This document shows, one piece after another, positions 24,990 to 36,828 of a stretch of DNA of 64,000 nt. How positions within the stretch are numbered: position 1 is the stretch's first letter; each line of letters starts with the position of its first letter. Source of the DNA: Azolla caroliniana. Its lineage: Eukaryota; Plantae; Polypodiophyta. A program made the position numbers and the translations under genes. The stretch covers positions 8,494,001 to 8,558,000 of the forward strand of contig JBHGNT010000020.1 of NCBI GenBank assembly GCA_043228905.1. The letters run 5' to 3'. The notes below the pieces were generated by a model. The model ran no database searches and was not told the origin of the DNA. It saw only the letters and a list, made by a program, of their open reading frames with translations.

Positions 24990-25243
24990 GGTTCACCCAT
25001 CCCTTCGATGCTTGTTGTGGTCTTGGACCTACGTATCCATACGGATTTGATTATCCAAATGTCATTTGCTCAAATGAGACAGAAGCATTATATGTATGCC
25101 CAAACCCTATTAACTTCATCAATTGGGATGGTGTTCATTTCACAGATAGATTCAATTTGCAAATGTTTAACCACACATTCTTAACTAGATCCTTTATGTA
25201 TCCCATTGATGGATTACGTAGCACGAGTGCGTCACAAAAATGA
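24990..25243 (+). CDS. Terminal exon of a GDSL esterase/lipase (SGNH hydrolase) gene
   Basis: AG acceptor 24988-24989. GF...ACCG...C...CPNP..FINWDGVHFT contains the block V DxxH catalytic motif. Stop codon and downstream AATAAA present. Confidence 0.85.
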
Positions 25244-28200
25244 ATAAATAGATAATGGTGTCACAGTAAGAGCTTATCAATAAATGTTGTAGAACATTTG
25301 TCAACATGTTTTTTTATCACAATCATTCTTCTACCATCTCAAGAAATTAAGAATTAAATGTTTAGAAATTTATTTAGGAGTTTATAAGTTAGCAATATGC
25401 AACTTGTAAGTTTAATAATAAAGCAAATGATCATGGTTCTACTTTAGGAAATTCGGATATGTTCATTAGTACGGAAAGCTCTTTTTGCAAATAGCATAAA
25501 AGAAAATTTCCTCGATATTAGATCACGTTTTTCATCTCATTTCATTTGGACATGAATTCTTCTTCTTTTATTTGGTGGATTTCTGTCTAAAGAATTTGTA
25601 TTGCTTACTTGGAATCGTAAAGATAGATGGGAACATCTCTAATTGTGTCGACAAAATGACATTAAGTGACCATTGAAAATTGTCAAGGATTTACCTTTAG
25701 GCCTAATTATATGCAAAGTTTTCAAGTGAGAGATCCTAAAATCTTAAACTTAACCAAAATAAGCTTCTTAAATTTCATTCCAAACCATCAAGTTGAAAAT
25801 TATTGCCAAGGTGTTTGAATTTCACAATGAATGCTATCATAGTGATGAATCCATATTACTAATTTGCAAGCAAAAGAAACGTGACGATTTAGACTAATTA
25901 TGGAAAGGATGATGTTTGTTCTTGTAGTGGATGAAAATTGTTGACAATATTCTAACTTGTAGATAATGTTGTTTTGTTCAAATAAAACCATGAAATTTAG
26001 TTTTTAGATAAGAAAAAAAAACCCTTAACTTTAAAATAAGTTGTAGCCTTCTTCCCAAAAAAGTCGTCGATTAAAACACTATTTTAATTAAAAGTATTAG
26101 TTTGAGCAAATTTTGACCATCATTCCATCAATGGAAATGACTGGCTGTCTAAATGGTGAGTGCTCCCCACTCACGACATGTTGTGCAAAGCATAAGGCAC
26201 AAATCTCCCACTCCATTCCATGATTATGAAGATTGTAACATGGAATGTGCAAGGGCTCAGGAGTCGACTAGACCAGCAAAACAAATGGAAACTGAGAAGA
26301 GATCTTGAGGAGTTGACATCATCATGTTGCAAGAACACTAGCTTGATAGTACTCATTTAAAGGAAGTTGGAGATCTTTTACCAAGATCATGGCGAACAAT
26401 TTGGGAACTAGTAATAGGGGAGGATGGAAATCATGGTGGTATTTGCACTCTAATTCGGGAACATCTAGCCCAAGGCTTCATACACCAGGAATCACTTACA
26501 CTTGGTAGGGCACATTTTTGCACGTTGGCCATCCAAGGGCAACGCTGGAATTTCATGAATGTTTATGCTCCAAATAGCATAACAGAAAGGGCAACATTCT
26601 GTGAACGCATCCACCTACAAGTAGCGGGTGTGGAAGAGTGGTGCATTGGAGGGGATTGTAATATGATCGAATCCATTCACGATAGCTCCAACAACAACCC
26701 CATAGTTCTACAAGGAAGGGAACGTAAACAATGGGAGAAGTTATGTGTACACCTTAACCTACAAGACATCTGGCATTCTGACAACTTCCAACAAAAAAGG
26801 GACTCTCTCTTATTCTCCCGATCAGACTAATGGACCCACCCTTTCCTGCATTGACCGCATTTATGTGAGCAAGGCTCTAGAAGCGAAGGGAGGGTGGTGT
26901 CGTATAATTCCAGGCACGACTTTCTCTGACCATTACTCGGTAGTCGGTTATTTTCAATTGCACCGAAAATGGGGCCCATTCCAACCTCGCATCCCACACT
27001 ATCTACACAGTTATAGAGGTGAAGGAACAACTCTCCAACCAATGGTCATTACCCGTCAATGTCTCATCAACATCTGACAAACTTCTAGCTAAATTAACAA
27101 GAGCTTCAACTCTCCTACATGAGTTTGTCAAGACCAAAAGCAACGATGCTCAAGAAAAGCGATAGAGGACAAAACGAGGACAAATAGCCTTATAACGACT
27201 CCAACAGAGATACTCGTCATGTAGTTGGATTGTAGGACAAGTTGCCATGGCCAAACATGAACTCAGCATGGCGGAAAAGGAAATATATGACATGGAGTTT
27301 CATGGAAGCATGGCACCATGGATTCAAGTAGGGAACAAAACCACGAAGGAGTTCTTTTGCTCCAAAGGCCCGAGGCATGCTAGAACAATGATACGCAGCC
27401 TCAACCGAGCGGATGGAACGACCACTAAGGATGGCGACAAAATGAGGAATATTGCCACAGGTTACTATAAGCACCTACTTACCGAAGATACTATGGCCAT
27501 AGGGGAAGACATAAGAGAAGATATTATCCTCCAAACCATACCCAAGAAAGTCACGATGGAAATGAATACATGGCTCGTGCGTCCCCTATCAACCATCAAG
27601 ATATGGGAGGCCCTCTCTGATTTGGATGTAGATAGTTGCCCCGGAATCGACGGCCTCACCCCTCACTTTTTCACATGCCTTTGGGACACTATTAAAGAAG
27701 ACCTCCTCTAGGCATATGAGGAGATCATCATGTCTGGAAACATGCCGGGGGAATTTAGACAAGGGATGATACATCTCATTCCTAAAAGTGGTGGTAGTGC
27801 CAATGACATTAGCAAGTGGCGGCCCATAACTCTTCTCAATACTATCTATAAGTTTCTCGCAAAAATTGTGGCACGCCGGTTAACACCTCTTCTCCCTCAA
27901 CTCATTCATCCATCCCAAACAGGTTTTGTTAGAAATCGGAGCATCCTAGACAACCTCTTCTCATACTAGGAAGCAGTAGCCCTTGCCAAGCGTACCAACA
28001 ACAAGGTAGCAGTGGTGCTACTAGATTTTGAGAAAGCATATGACAGGTTTTGCTGGAACTTTCTTGAAAGTGTGATGGGGAAACTCGGCTTTCAAGAGAC
28101 ATGGATCAAAGGCATTGCAAGACTTTATAGGAACGGCAGCAGTTGCGTTTCACTGGCAAGTGAAAGGGGCCCCTTTTTCCGACTATCTCGATCTGTACCA

Positions 28201-28614
28201 TAGGGATGCCCACTAGCTCCATCCTTATTTCTTTTATACGCCGAAGCACTCTCTTGCTTTCTCAACTCGCGGCATCTCAACCTATGTGGTCTTCCCGTGC
28301 CTCATTCTCATCAAAGCATCTTGCATATAGAATTTGTTGATGACACAACGGTCTATTTGCAAGGGGACTTGGAAAACCTACAAAAGCTCGAAAGTGGGTT
28401 AGCCGTATTTTGCAAGAGATCCAATGCCATGATTAATTGGCACAAATCCTGTGTAATATGGCTTTCTCATGAAACACATCTTGCGTGACACCCACATCCC
28501 GCTTTCAAATGGATCAATCAAGGAACGAGCACCAAATATTTGGGTTTCCAAATTGGTTTCAACATACCGCCAGAGACTATGATTGCACCCGTTATCCATT
28601 CCATTCGACAAAAG

Positions 28615-31600
28615 TGTTGGGATTTCGGTCCCTCCGGATGGGATGTCCGGAGATGAATGACGGCAAGCCCGGTTGCGGTTACGGAACCGGATGATGAAGA
28701 GTACCCGGCATGAAGCCGGATGAAGAGTACCCGGATACGGATCCGGATGATGAAGACCCCGGTTACGGAGCCGGATGATGAATGTACCCAGAGAGAGATC
28801 CGGATGCGGGGACATACTTGTGAATATGTTTGCCAAGGGCCCTTGAGGCTACATTTGTAAATAAGCCCGAAAGTCATATGTGTATAAATATGACTTAGGG
28901 CAAACAGTTTTAATGTTGTTGCCCATTTTATGCGAAGTGAGAGCAGCCGAGAGAGAGAGAGAGAGACGAAGAGGTCGTTGCCTCTGTGTATTACCGCCGC
29001 CTGTGGCGAAGACAGTGAGCTCAAGGTTGTTGCCTTGTAGCTTCACCAGTGTACATCTCTGTTCATAGTGATAGTTGGAGTTTGAGGACTCCCGTGGTTT
29101 TTCCCATTTAGGGTTTTCCACGTAAACATCCAGTGGACCTTTCTCTCTATTGTCCTCGTACATTTTGTATTTCCCGTTTTCTGTAAGTTGATCCTATTCC
29201 TCGGTTGTGGCCGAGCACTGTTTCGCAACAATTTGGTATCAGAGCGACGGTAACACAGAAAATGGAAGGCGGTGGTAGTGGGCCTCCGGGCATGATGGTG
29301 TTGAACTCACAGAACTACGCCGATTGGAAGATAAAGATGGAAGACCTTCTCATCGTCCGAGACCTGTATGAACCGATTGACAATGCCGAGATACCCAAGG
29401 GGGTAATAGAGTCGGAGTGGAAGCTCCTGAACCGGAAAGCCGTAGCGACGATCCGGCAATATGTTGATGTAAGCGTCCTACAACATGTGGCGAACGACAC
29501 CAACGCATATGAGATGTGGAAGAAGCTGTCGGGCCTCTACGAGAGGAAGAATGCGTTGAACCGGACCTCCCTGATGAGGAAGATAGTGAACCTCAAGTAC
29601 CGGGACGGCGAGAATATGGTGGAACACGTGAGCACGTTCATGGGATTCGTGAACCAGCTTGCGGCGATCAAGTTCCCGTTGGAGGATGCAATGCAAGCCA
29701 TCATTCTGATGTGTACATTGCCGGAAAGCTGGGAGAACTTGGTGGTGACTCTCAGCACCTCCTGCACCGAAGATAACCTGTCTCTACAAACGGTAAAGAC
29801 AAGCATTCTAAATGAAGAAGCGCGTCGGAGAGATAAAGAACCGGTCTCCGACTCGAAGGCGCTGCTTACCGAATCGGAACGGGGAAGACAATGGAACCGG
29901 AGTCCGCAAAGACGGGAGAAGTCGGGGACCCGGTCGCGGTCAAGAGGAAGGCCCACATGCTTCCACTGTGGGAAGCCGGGGCACTTCCGGAAGAATTGTC
30001 GGCATTACCGAAAGGACAACGGAGCCGACGACACCGATTCGAAGAAGTCACCGGAGAGAAACGGTGCATACCGGGGAGCCACGGACCGGAGAGGTCCGGA
30101 TCGGCGAGGGCAGGACCGGAAAGGAACAACGGCACTCGCGGCAAGTGAAGAAGAGATAATGCTCATTACCGAAGAGAAGGAGCTGAACCTTGCCGAGGAA
30201 GAGATGACCTGGGTGGTCGATTCCGGAGCGTCGTTCCACCTGACCCCGGAGAAGAAATACTTCTCATCCTACACAGCCGGTGAGCACGGCTGTGTCCGGA
30301 TGGGAAATGAAGGGACATGCCGGATTGCCGGCATAGGAGACGTGTGGCTGATGACATCAACTGGATGCAAGATGCTGCTGAAGGATGTTCGACACGTTCC
30401 GGAGGTCCGATTGAACCTGATCTCGGCCGGGAGGCTAGATGATGAAGGCTACACGGGTAGCATCCGGAACGGTGTCATGAAGTTCAGCAAAGGGAGCCTG
30501 ATAGTGGCTCGGGCCCGGAAGGTCAATACACTGTACCTGATGAATTCCCGGCTATGTCCGGAAGAGCTGAACGTGGCAGCCGACACTGCCGGTGAGCTGT
30601 GGCACAAGAGACTGTGCCACATGAGTGAGAAGGGGATGAAGAGGCTTGCCGATGACAACCTGATACCGGTAAAGCACGTACACCTGGGGAAGTGTACCGA
30701 CTGTCTGGCCGGTAAGCAAAACCGGACCTCCTTCCACTCAAGGCCACCAACGAGACGTAGCGCACCATTGGAGTTGGTACACACTGATGTGTGTCAAGTA
30801 GAAGCGAAGTCACATGGCGGAGCTCAGTACTTCGTAACATTCATAGATGACCATAGCCGGAAGCTGTGGACGGCACCGTTGAAGACAAAGGACCAAGTAT
30901 TGTCTGTCTTCAAAGAACTCCACGCGAGAGTGGAAAGGGAATCCGGCAAGAAGCTGAAAGCGATACGAGCGGATAACGGAGGGGAATACCGGGGGCAGTT
31001 CCAGGAGTACTGTCGCTCGAAGGGAATCCGGCTCGAGTTTACTGTGCCGAAGACGCCGGAACTGAACGGGCTGGCCGAGAGGATGAACCGGACCATAATG
31101 GAGAGGGTCCGGAGTATGCTGGCGCATGCGAAATTACCCAAGGGATTTTGGGCTGAGGCAATGTCGACGGCGACATACGTGATAAACAGATCACCCTCAG
31201 TACCTTTGGACGGAGACACGCCGCAGAGAGTGTGGACCGGTAAGGAAGTGTCCTACCGGCATCTGAAGGTGTTCGGGTGTCTCGCATACGTGCATGTGGC
31301 AAAGGACCGAAGAGGAAAGCTAGATCCAAAGACCCGGCCATGCATATTCCTCGGTTACGGCGACGACGAGTTCGGCTACCGAGTATGGGACCCGGTCGAC
31401 AAGAAGATATTCAGGAGTCGAGATATCATCTTCATGGAGGACAAGACACTCGCCGATTGGGAGTCGGAGAAGAAGATGAAGAGCTCCAAGTTGACCGGTG
31501 AGGATCAGCTCTACGAAGAGCAGTCCCGACCGGCAAGGGACCGGTTAGCACTCGAGGATCCGGCCGAAGACGGTGAAGAAACAGAAGCGGCCGAGGAAGA

Positions 31601-33961
31601 TGAAACTGATACCGGAACCGGCCCCAATCCCGAAATGGATTCGGATGAAGAGGAAACGGAGGAGCCGGTTACCGAAGCTCCGGAACGGAGATATCCTCTA
31701 AGAGAGAGAAGGGCCCCCCGGAGATTTCCGGAACCAGAGCACGTGCTGCTAACCGACGAGGGGGAGCCGGAGAGCTTTGAAGAAGCAAAGCATGACACCC
31801 ATAGCCGCAGGTGGTTAAGTGCCATGCAGGAGGAGATGGATTCCCTGCATGAGAACCACACATATGAACTTGTGGAGTTGCCGAAAGGAAAGCGGGCACT
31901 CCGTAACAAGTGGGTGTTCAAGCTGAAACCGGGAGATGCCGGAAACCCCCCGAGATACAAAGCCAGGATCGTGGTGAAGGGGTTCCAGCAGAAGAAGGGC
32001 GTCGACTTCGACGAGATATTTGCCCCGGTAGTGAAGATGACCTCTATCCGGACGGTGCTGAGCATAGCGGCAAGCATGGACCTCGAGGTAGAGCAGATGG
32101 ACGTGAAGACGGCATTCCTTCACGGTGACCTCGAAGAAGAGATATACATGCAGCAACCGGAAGGATTCGAGAAGAAAGAGAAGGAGCACTTGGTATGCCG
32201 GTTGAAGAAGAGCCTTTATGGTTTGAAGCAGGCTCCCCGGCAGTGGTACCGAAAGTTTGACTCCTTCATGACCGATGAAGGGTACTACAAAACGCAGTCC
32301 GACCACTGCGTGTTTGTGAAGAAGTTCGACGGAGGAGACCTTCTAATACTCCTCCTATACGTGGACGACATGTTGATCGTCGGACGGGACCAGGTCAAGA
32401 TACGGATGCTGAAGAAGGCTCTTCACCGAACCTTCTCAATGAAGGACCTGGGTCCGGCGAGACAAATACTAGGGATGCACATCATCCGGGACCGGAAGAA
32501 GAAGCAGTTGTGGCTGTCACAGGAGAAGTACGTGACAAAGGTGCTTCAACGGTTCAACATGTCGGAAGCAAGACCGGTCGGGTCAACACTCCCGGCAAAC
32601 TGCAAGCTGTCCAGCAAGCAAAGCCCCAAGACAAAGGCTGAGAAGGAGGACATGATGAAAGTACCATATGCCTCTGCCGTCGGGAGCTTGATGTACGCAA
32701 TGGTGTGTACCCGACCGGACATAGGATATGCAGTCGGAGTGGTGAGCCGGTACATGAGCAATCCCGGCAAAGAGCATTGGAACGCGGCCAAGTGGATACT
32801 CCGATACCTGAAGGGCACGGCAAACGTGTGCCTCCGATTCGGCTCCGGTAAGCCCGAACTCGACGGCTTCACCGATTCGGATATGTCGGCTGATGCAGAT
32901 ACCAGCCGGTCCACATCAGGGTATGTGATGACGTATGTAGGGGGAGCTGTTTCGTGGCAGTCGAGGCTGCAGAAGACGGTTGCGTTGTCAACCACAGAGG
33001 CGGAGTACATGGCGGCTGTTGAAGCCGGCAAGGAAATAATATGGATAAAGGACTTCATTAGAGAGCTCGGGATACGGCAGGAGGAGTACCGACTCTACTG
33101 CGATAGTCAGAGTGCCATCCACCTTGCGAAGAACGCGGCCTATCACTCCCGGACGAAGCACATCCAGCGAAGATATCACTGGATCCGGGAAAGGATAGAA
33201 GACAAGGAGTTCGTGCTGACGAAGATCCACACGGAGGAGAACGGGTCGGATATGCTGACCAAGGTGCTTACACCCGACAAGCTGGAAGCATGCCGGAAGA
33301 GGATCGGATTGGAGAGACATCCCATGCCGAAGTGAAGGGGGAGTTTGTTGGGATTTCGGTCCCTCCGGATGGGATGTCCGGAGATGAATGACGGCAAGCC
33401 CGGTTGCGGTTACGGAACCGGATGATGAAGAGTACCCGGCATGAAGCCGGATGAAGAGTACCCGGATACGGATCCGGATGATGAAGACCCCGGTTACGGA
33501 GCCGGATGATGAATGTACCCAGAGAGAGATCCGGATGCGGGGACATACTTGTGAATATGTTTGCCAAGGGCCCTTGAGGCTACATTTGTAAATAAGCCCG
33601 AAAGTCATATGTGTATAAATATGACTTAGGGCAAACAGTTTTAATGTTGTTGCCCATTTTATGCGAAGTGAGAGCAGCCGAGAGAGAGAGAGAGAGACGA
33701 AGAGGTCGTTGCCTCTGTGTATTACCGCCGCCTGTGGCGAAGACAGTGAGCTCAAGGTTGTTGCCTTGTAGCTTCACCAGTGTACATCTCTGTTCATAGT
33801 GATAGTTGGAGTTTGAGGACTCCCGTGGTTTTTCCCATTTAGGGTTTTCCACGTAAACATCCAGTGGACCTTTCTCTCTATTGTCCTCGTACATTTTGTA
33901 TTTCCCGTTTTCTGTAAGTTGATCCTATTCCTCGGTTGTGGCCGAGCACTGTTTCGCAACA
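28615..33961 (+). mobile_element. Intact Ty1/copia (Tnt1/Tork-like) retrotransposon; 616-bp LTRs 28615-29230 and 33346-33961; TSD AAAAG
   Basis: LTRs look identical. PBS TGGTATCAGAGC 29234-29245. PPT GAAGGGGGAG 33334-33343. Single intact ORF. Confidence 0.99.
29262..33335 (+). CDS. Copia Gag-Pol polyprotein (1357 aa from the first ATG after the PBS)
   Basis: CFHCGKPGHFRKNC, WVVDSGAS, HKRLCH..C..C, D-D-E integrase (HTD/RADNG/AERMN), YVDD, RNase H. Confidence 0.97.
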   Translation: MEGGGSGPPGMMVLNSQNYADWKIKMEDLLIVRDLYEPIDNAEIPKGVIESEWKLLNRKAVATIRQYVDVSVLQHVANDTNAYEMWKKLSGLYERKNALNRTSLMRKIVNLKYRDGENMVEHVSTFMGFVNQLAAIKFPLEDAMQAIILMCTLPESWENLVVTLSTSCTEDNLSLQTVKTSILNEEARRRDKEPVSDSKALLTESERGRQWNRSPQRREKSGTRSRSRGRPTCFHCGKPGHFRKNCRHYRKDNGADDTDSKKSPERNGAYRGATDRRGPDRRGQDRKGTTALAASEEEIMLITEEKELNLAEEEMTWVVDSGASFHLTPEKKYFSSYTAGEHGCVRMGNEGTCRIAGIGDVWLMTSTGCKMLLKDVRHVPEVRLNLISAGRLDDEGYTGSIRNGVMKFSKGSLIVARARKVNTLYLMNSRLCPEELNVAADTAGELWHKRLCHMSEKGMKRLADDNLIPVKHVHLGKCTDCLAGKQNRTSFHSRPPTRRSAPLELVHTDVCQVEAKSHGGAQYFVTFIDDHSRKLWTAPLKTKDQVLSVFKELHARVERESGKKLKAIRADNGGEYRGQFQEYCRSKGIRLEFTVPKTPELNGLAERMNRTIMERVRSMLAHAKLPKGFWAEAMSTATYVINRSPSVPLDGDTPQRVWTGKEVSYRHLKVFGCLAYVHVAKDRRGKLDPKTRPCIFLGYGDDEFGYRVWDPVDKKIFRSRDIIFMEDKTLADWESEKKMKSSKLTGEDQLYEEQSRPARDRLALEDPAEDGEETEAAEEDETDTGTGPNPEMDSDEEETEEPVTEAPERRYPLRERRAPRRFPEPEHVLLTDEGEPESFEEAKHDTHSRRWLSAMQEEMDSLHENHTYELVELPKGKRALRNKWVFKLKPGDAGNPPRYKARIVVKGFQQKKGVDFDEIFAPVVKMTSIRTVLSIAASMDLEVEQMDVKTAFLHGDLEEEIYMQQPEGFEKKEKEHLVCRLKKSLYGLKQAPRQWYRKFDSFMTDEGYYKTQSDHCVFVKKFDGGDLLILLLYVDDMLIVGRDQVKIRMLKKALHRTFSMKDLGPARQILGMHIIRDRKKKQLWLSQEKYVTKVLQRFNMSEARPVGSTLPANCKLSSKQSPKTKAEKEDMMKVPYASAVGSLMYAMVCTRPDIGYAVGVVSRYMSNPGKEHWNAAKWILRYLKGTANVCLRFGSGKPELDGFTDSDMSADADTSRSTSGYVMTYVGGAVSWQSRLQKTVALSTTEAEYMAAVEAGKEIIWIKDFIRELGIRQEEYRLYCDSQSAIHLAKNAAYHSRTKHIQRRYHWIRERIEDKEFVLTKIHTEENGSDMLTKVLTPDKLEACRKRIGLERHPMPK

Positions 33962-36619
33962 AAAAGTTAATACATTGGAGTTCGAAAAAACTGTCACTAG
34001 CGGGTCGCATCATAGTGGCAAACCAGGTACTACTCGCAACAACATGGTACAGTCTATCATGTTGGACAATCTTCAAGGACAATATACATCAGATTCAACA
34101 ACTGGTATGCAACTACATTTGGTCTGGTAAGGAAGATCCTGTAACTCGCGCCAAGGTGGCATGGCCTATACTCACAGCACCTAAGTTGAGAGGGGGATTG
34201 GGACTTGTTGATCCCCTCTCACAATCAAAAGCCTTACTTGCCAAATTTGTGGTGTGAGGACTCCAACTAGGAAATGACTGTTGGGGTTAATTGGGCCCCT
34301 CAAACGGGATGGATTCTAAACATGGATCTCAAACCTAGTTTCTCCCGCCAATTGGATGATAGATTCAATGCATCCATGTGGAAGGCATGGTGTGACATTA
34401 GACGAGGCCTCAAGTGCGATCAATTGAGTTCCGAACCTGCCTGACTCAGTCAACGTATCCTATGGAACTCATGTATCAAGAATGAATCTAATCAACTACT
34501 TGGATCAAGTAAGGGGTTGTCATGGGGATACATTGCAGAAGGTCTGGGAAAAAGTATAGAATGTTGGAGACGGTTTATGTCACTACCACTACAAGATGAA
34601 GCCAACATACTCCATGGAATCAGGGGTGGATGGACAATGAGATTGGAAATCAATAACGCTCTACTAATTAGGGAAGCCGCTACTCATAGGAAGACAATGG
34701 AGAAATGGATAGGCTATGGGGAGGAGAGATCTTTGTTCTCAAGAGGTAGGGGATCACCAGACAGGATCGAAGGCTCTGAATTGCGAGATGTTGAGACACC
34801 AACACAGAATAATGTAATTCGAATACTCGCGTATATTGGTCATAATTGGATTGTAGATCCTGATCTGATCACAGTACAACCCGATTGGCACATATGTACT
34901 CATGAAAACACATGGCTACGTAAGGTTAGTTGGGACCCTTTGCAATGGACATGGCGTGATCCTTATGCGGAGCAAGGAAGCAAACCCATCCCTTTCTTCC
35001 AATTCACAACTAGATTGGGCCGCCACATCCTAGCTGCTCAAATTGTCCGAGAGCCGGCTGCTACAAAGGTCTGGCACACATATCAAGTTCCTCACACAAT
35101 TATCACCAAGTTTTGGCTGAAAATCTGGAAACAACAACACGCGAGGCGAATTACCATGTTCCAATGACTATTAATACATAAGTCACTACCGATGGGAGCA
35201 TGGGAACATGGGAACCTTAGCTCTCCTAATTGTGTAGAGTGTCCAAATGCAGTAGAATCAATACGATACGCTCTATGGGACTGCCCAACGTCCCATCGAA
35301 TATGGCGGGGGGTTGGCCGCTTGTTGCAATTATGCCAGGTGCAAGGCTCAATCAAGTGGGGAAATATATGTTGGCTATCATGCCAGACCCCAGTTGGCAG
35401 ATACGAGCATCAGGAGGAGGGGATGACTTTGGTGATAAAAGCACAAGAGGTTTTTTTCTCCACCATCAGCAATGTCCACTCAACTCCTCTTAATGACAAA
35501 TCTCAAGTTGTGTTGGAATTGTTCAACCCAATAACTCTTTGGATTCTATGGAAACAATAGTGTAGACGGGTCTTCTCCAACCAAACCGCACATCCAACAA
35601 TGTTACTGCAAGAGATATGGAGTGAAATTGTAGCCACTCTAAAGAGCTAATATGATGGCCTCAAGGGCAGCTCCGATGGAGTTGAAGGACAACAAATAGC
35701 CTTCATCCAACAATGGTCGTCCTCTCCCTTTCTTGAGTAAGTGGGCATCCACATAAGATGGAACTATCACGTCCCTACAGGGGTTTGTACATAATAATCT
35801 CATTTGTAAAATTTTATAACTAATGGAAGGAGTTTTTATTTGGAAAAAAAAGAAAAGAAAAGTTTGAGCAAATTTTGAATTCAAAAATCTCAACTAGAGC
35901 TAATAAAGTAGTGGGGTAACTTGTTTTTAACATTTCTTGCAAATCCTTGAGAAAATTTGGTGTAGTCTCTAACTCATCACAATATAACTAATATTGATCA
36001 AAGCTCATAGATTACATCGCACATCAACATAAAAGGATTATATCAATTTGACATATATTTAGAGTTGTTACAAGAAAACTCTAATAAACGGATTATATCG
36101 ATTTGACAAAGTATTGTGTTTTTTCTCACTTCTTAACATAGGTTTGTGTACATATCCTCTGGAATTTAATTTTCTTGTTTAATTTGACTATGAAACGAAG
36201 GATTATCCGAGGAACTTATGCTCAATGTAGTTTCTCAATTTGGATCTCTATCTTTGAAAATGTTTAGCTAGAAAGGAGATCAGGAGTGTCCACACTATAC
36301 AAGCAGAATCCCCAAATATTATGTAGCTAGAAATAATACTTTCACATCTCAAGATTAATTCTTTGTCCTCTCATTATGATGAGCGTATAAGTTATTCGTC
36401 CATAATGTTATGGAGAAAGTAGAGATATGCTTGTTGATGAGCAAGGGTAAGATTTTTTTGTTGTCCTGTTGTCCGCCGGAATAGTAACCGACGGACAAGA
36501 GCGTAGGAATAAGAAATAATATAAGATCATAACGCATGTAACGGTTCACGCAGGAAGCGTGAATGGCTAAATAGACCCTGCGTATATAAAGGGCAGAAAA
36601 CCTCTGATAGAGGGAGCGT

Positions 36620-36793
36620 TGTCGTGTTGTTATGCGCGTGCGTGGAGAAAGGCGGAACCAAGGGGGTCTTGGACTAGGGAGCGACGGAGCATAGGAAGTC
36701 GCACTTCACCGTTTCTGGGGCACCCTTGAAACGCACCGGAAGCAGCTGAAGGGAGAGAGGGAGTGAGAGAGCATGCTTGACACCGACTCACGT

Positions 36794-36828
<35 letters not shown>

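Larger units (their letters stand above)
26117..35860 (+). mobile_element. 5'-truncated L1/Tx1-type LINE (ORF2 pseudogene: APE endonuclease, RT, zinc finger), interrupted by the intact copia
   Basis: MKIVTWNVQGL, GGDCN, SDHY, WRPITLLN, LDFEKAYD, FVDD, CVEC motifs. A-rich tail 35844-35860. 18-bp TSD AGTTTGAGCAAATTTTGA at 26099-26116 and 35861-35878. Confidence 0.93.

Noticed and set aside
29205-29261. ORF start at 29205 in the ORF track
   Set aside because: It lies in the LTR/PBS. The homologue at 62103 supports the ATG at 29262.
36188-36466. Apparent extension of the LTR, shared with 50174-50489
   Set aside because: The TG...CA termini and TGTCC TSD place the LTR start at 36467. This is duplicated host flank.
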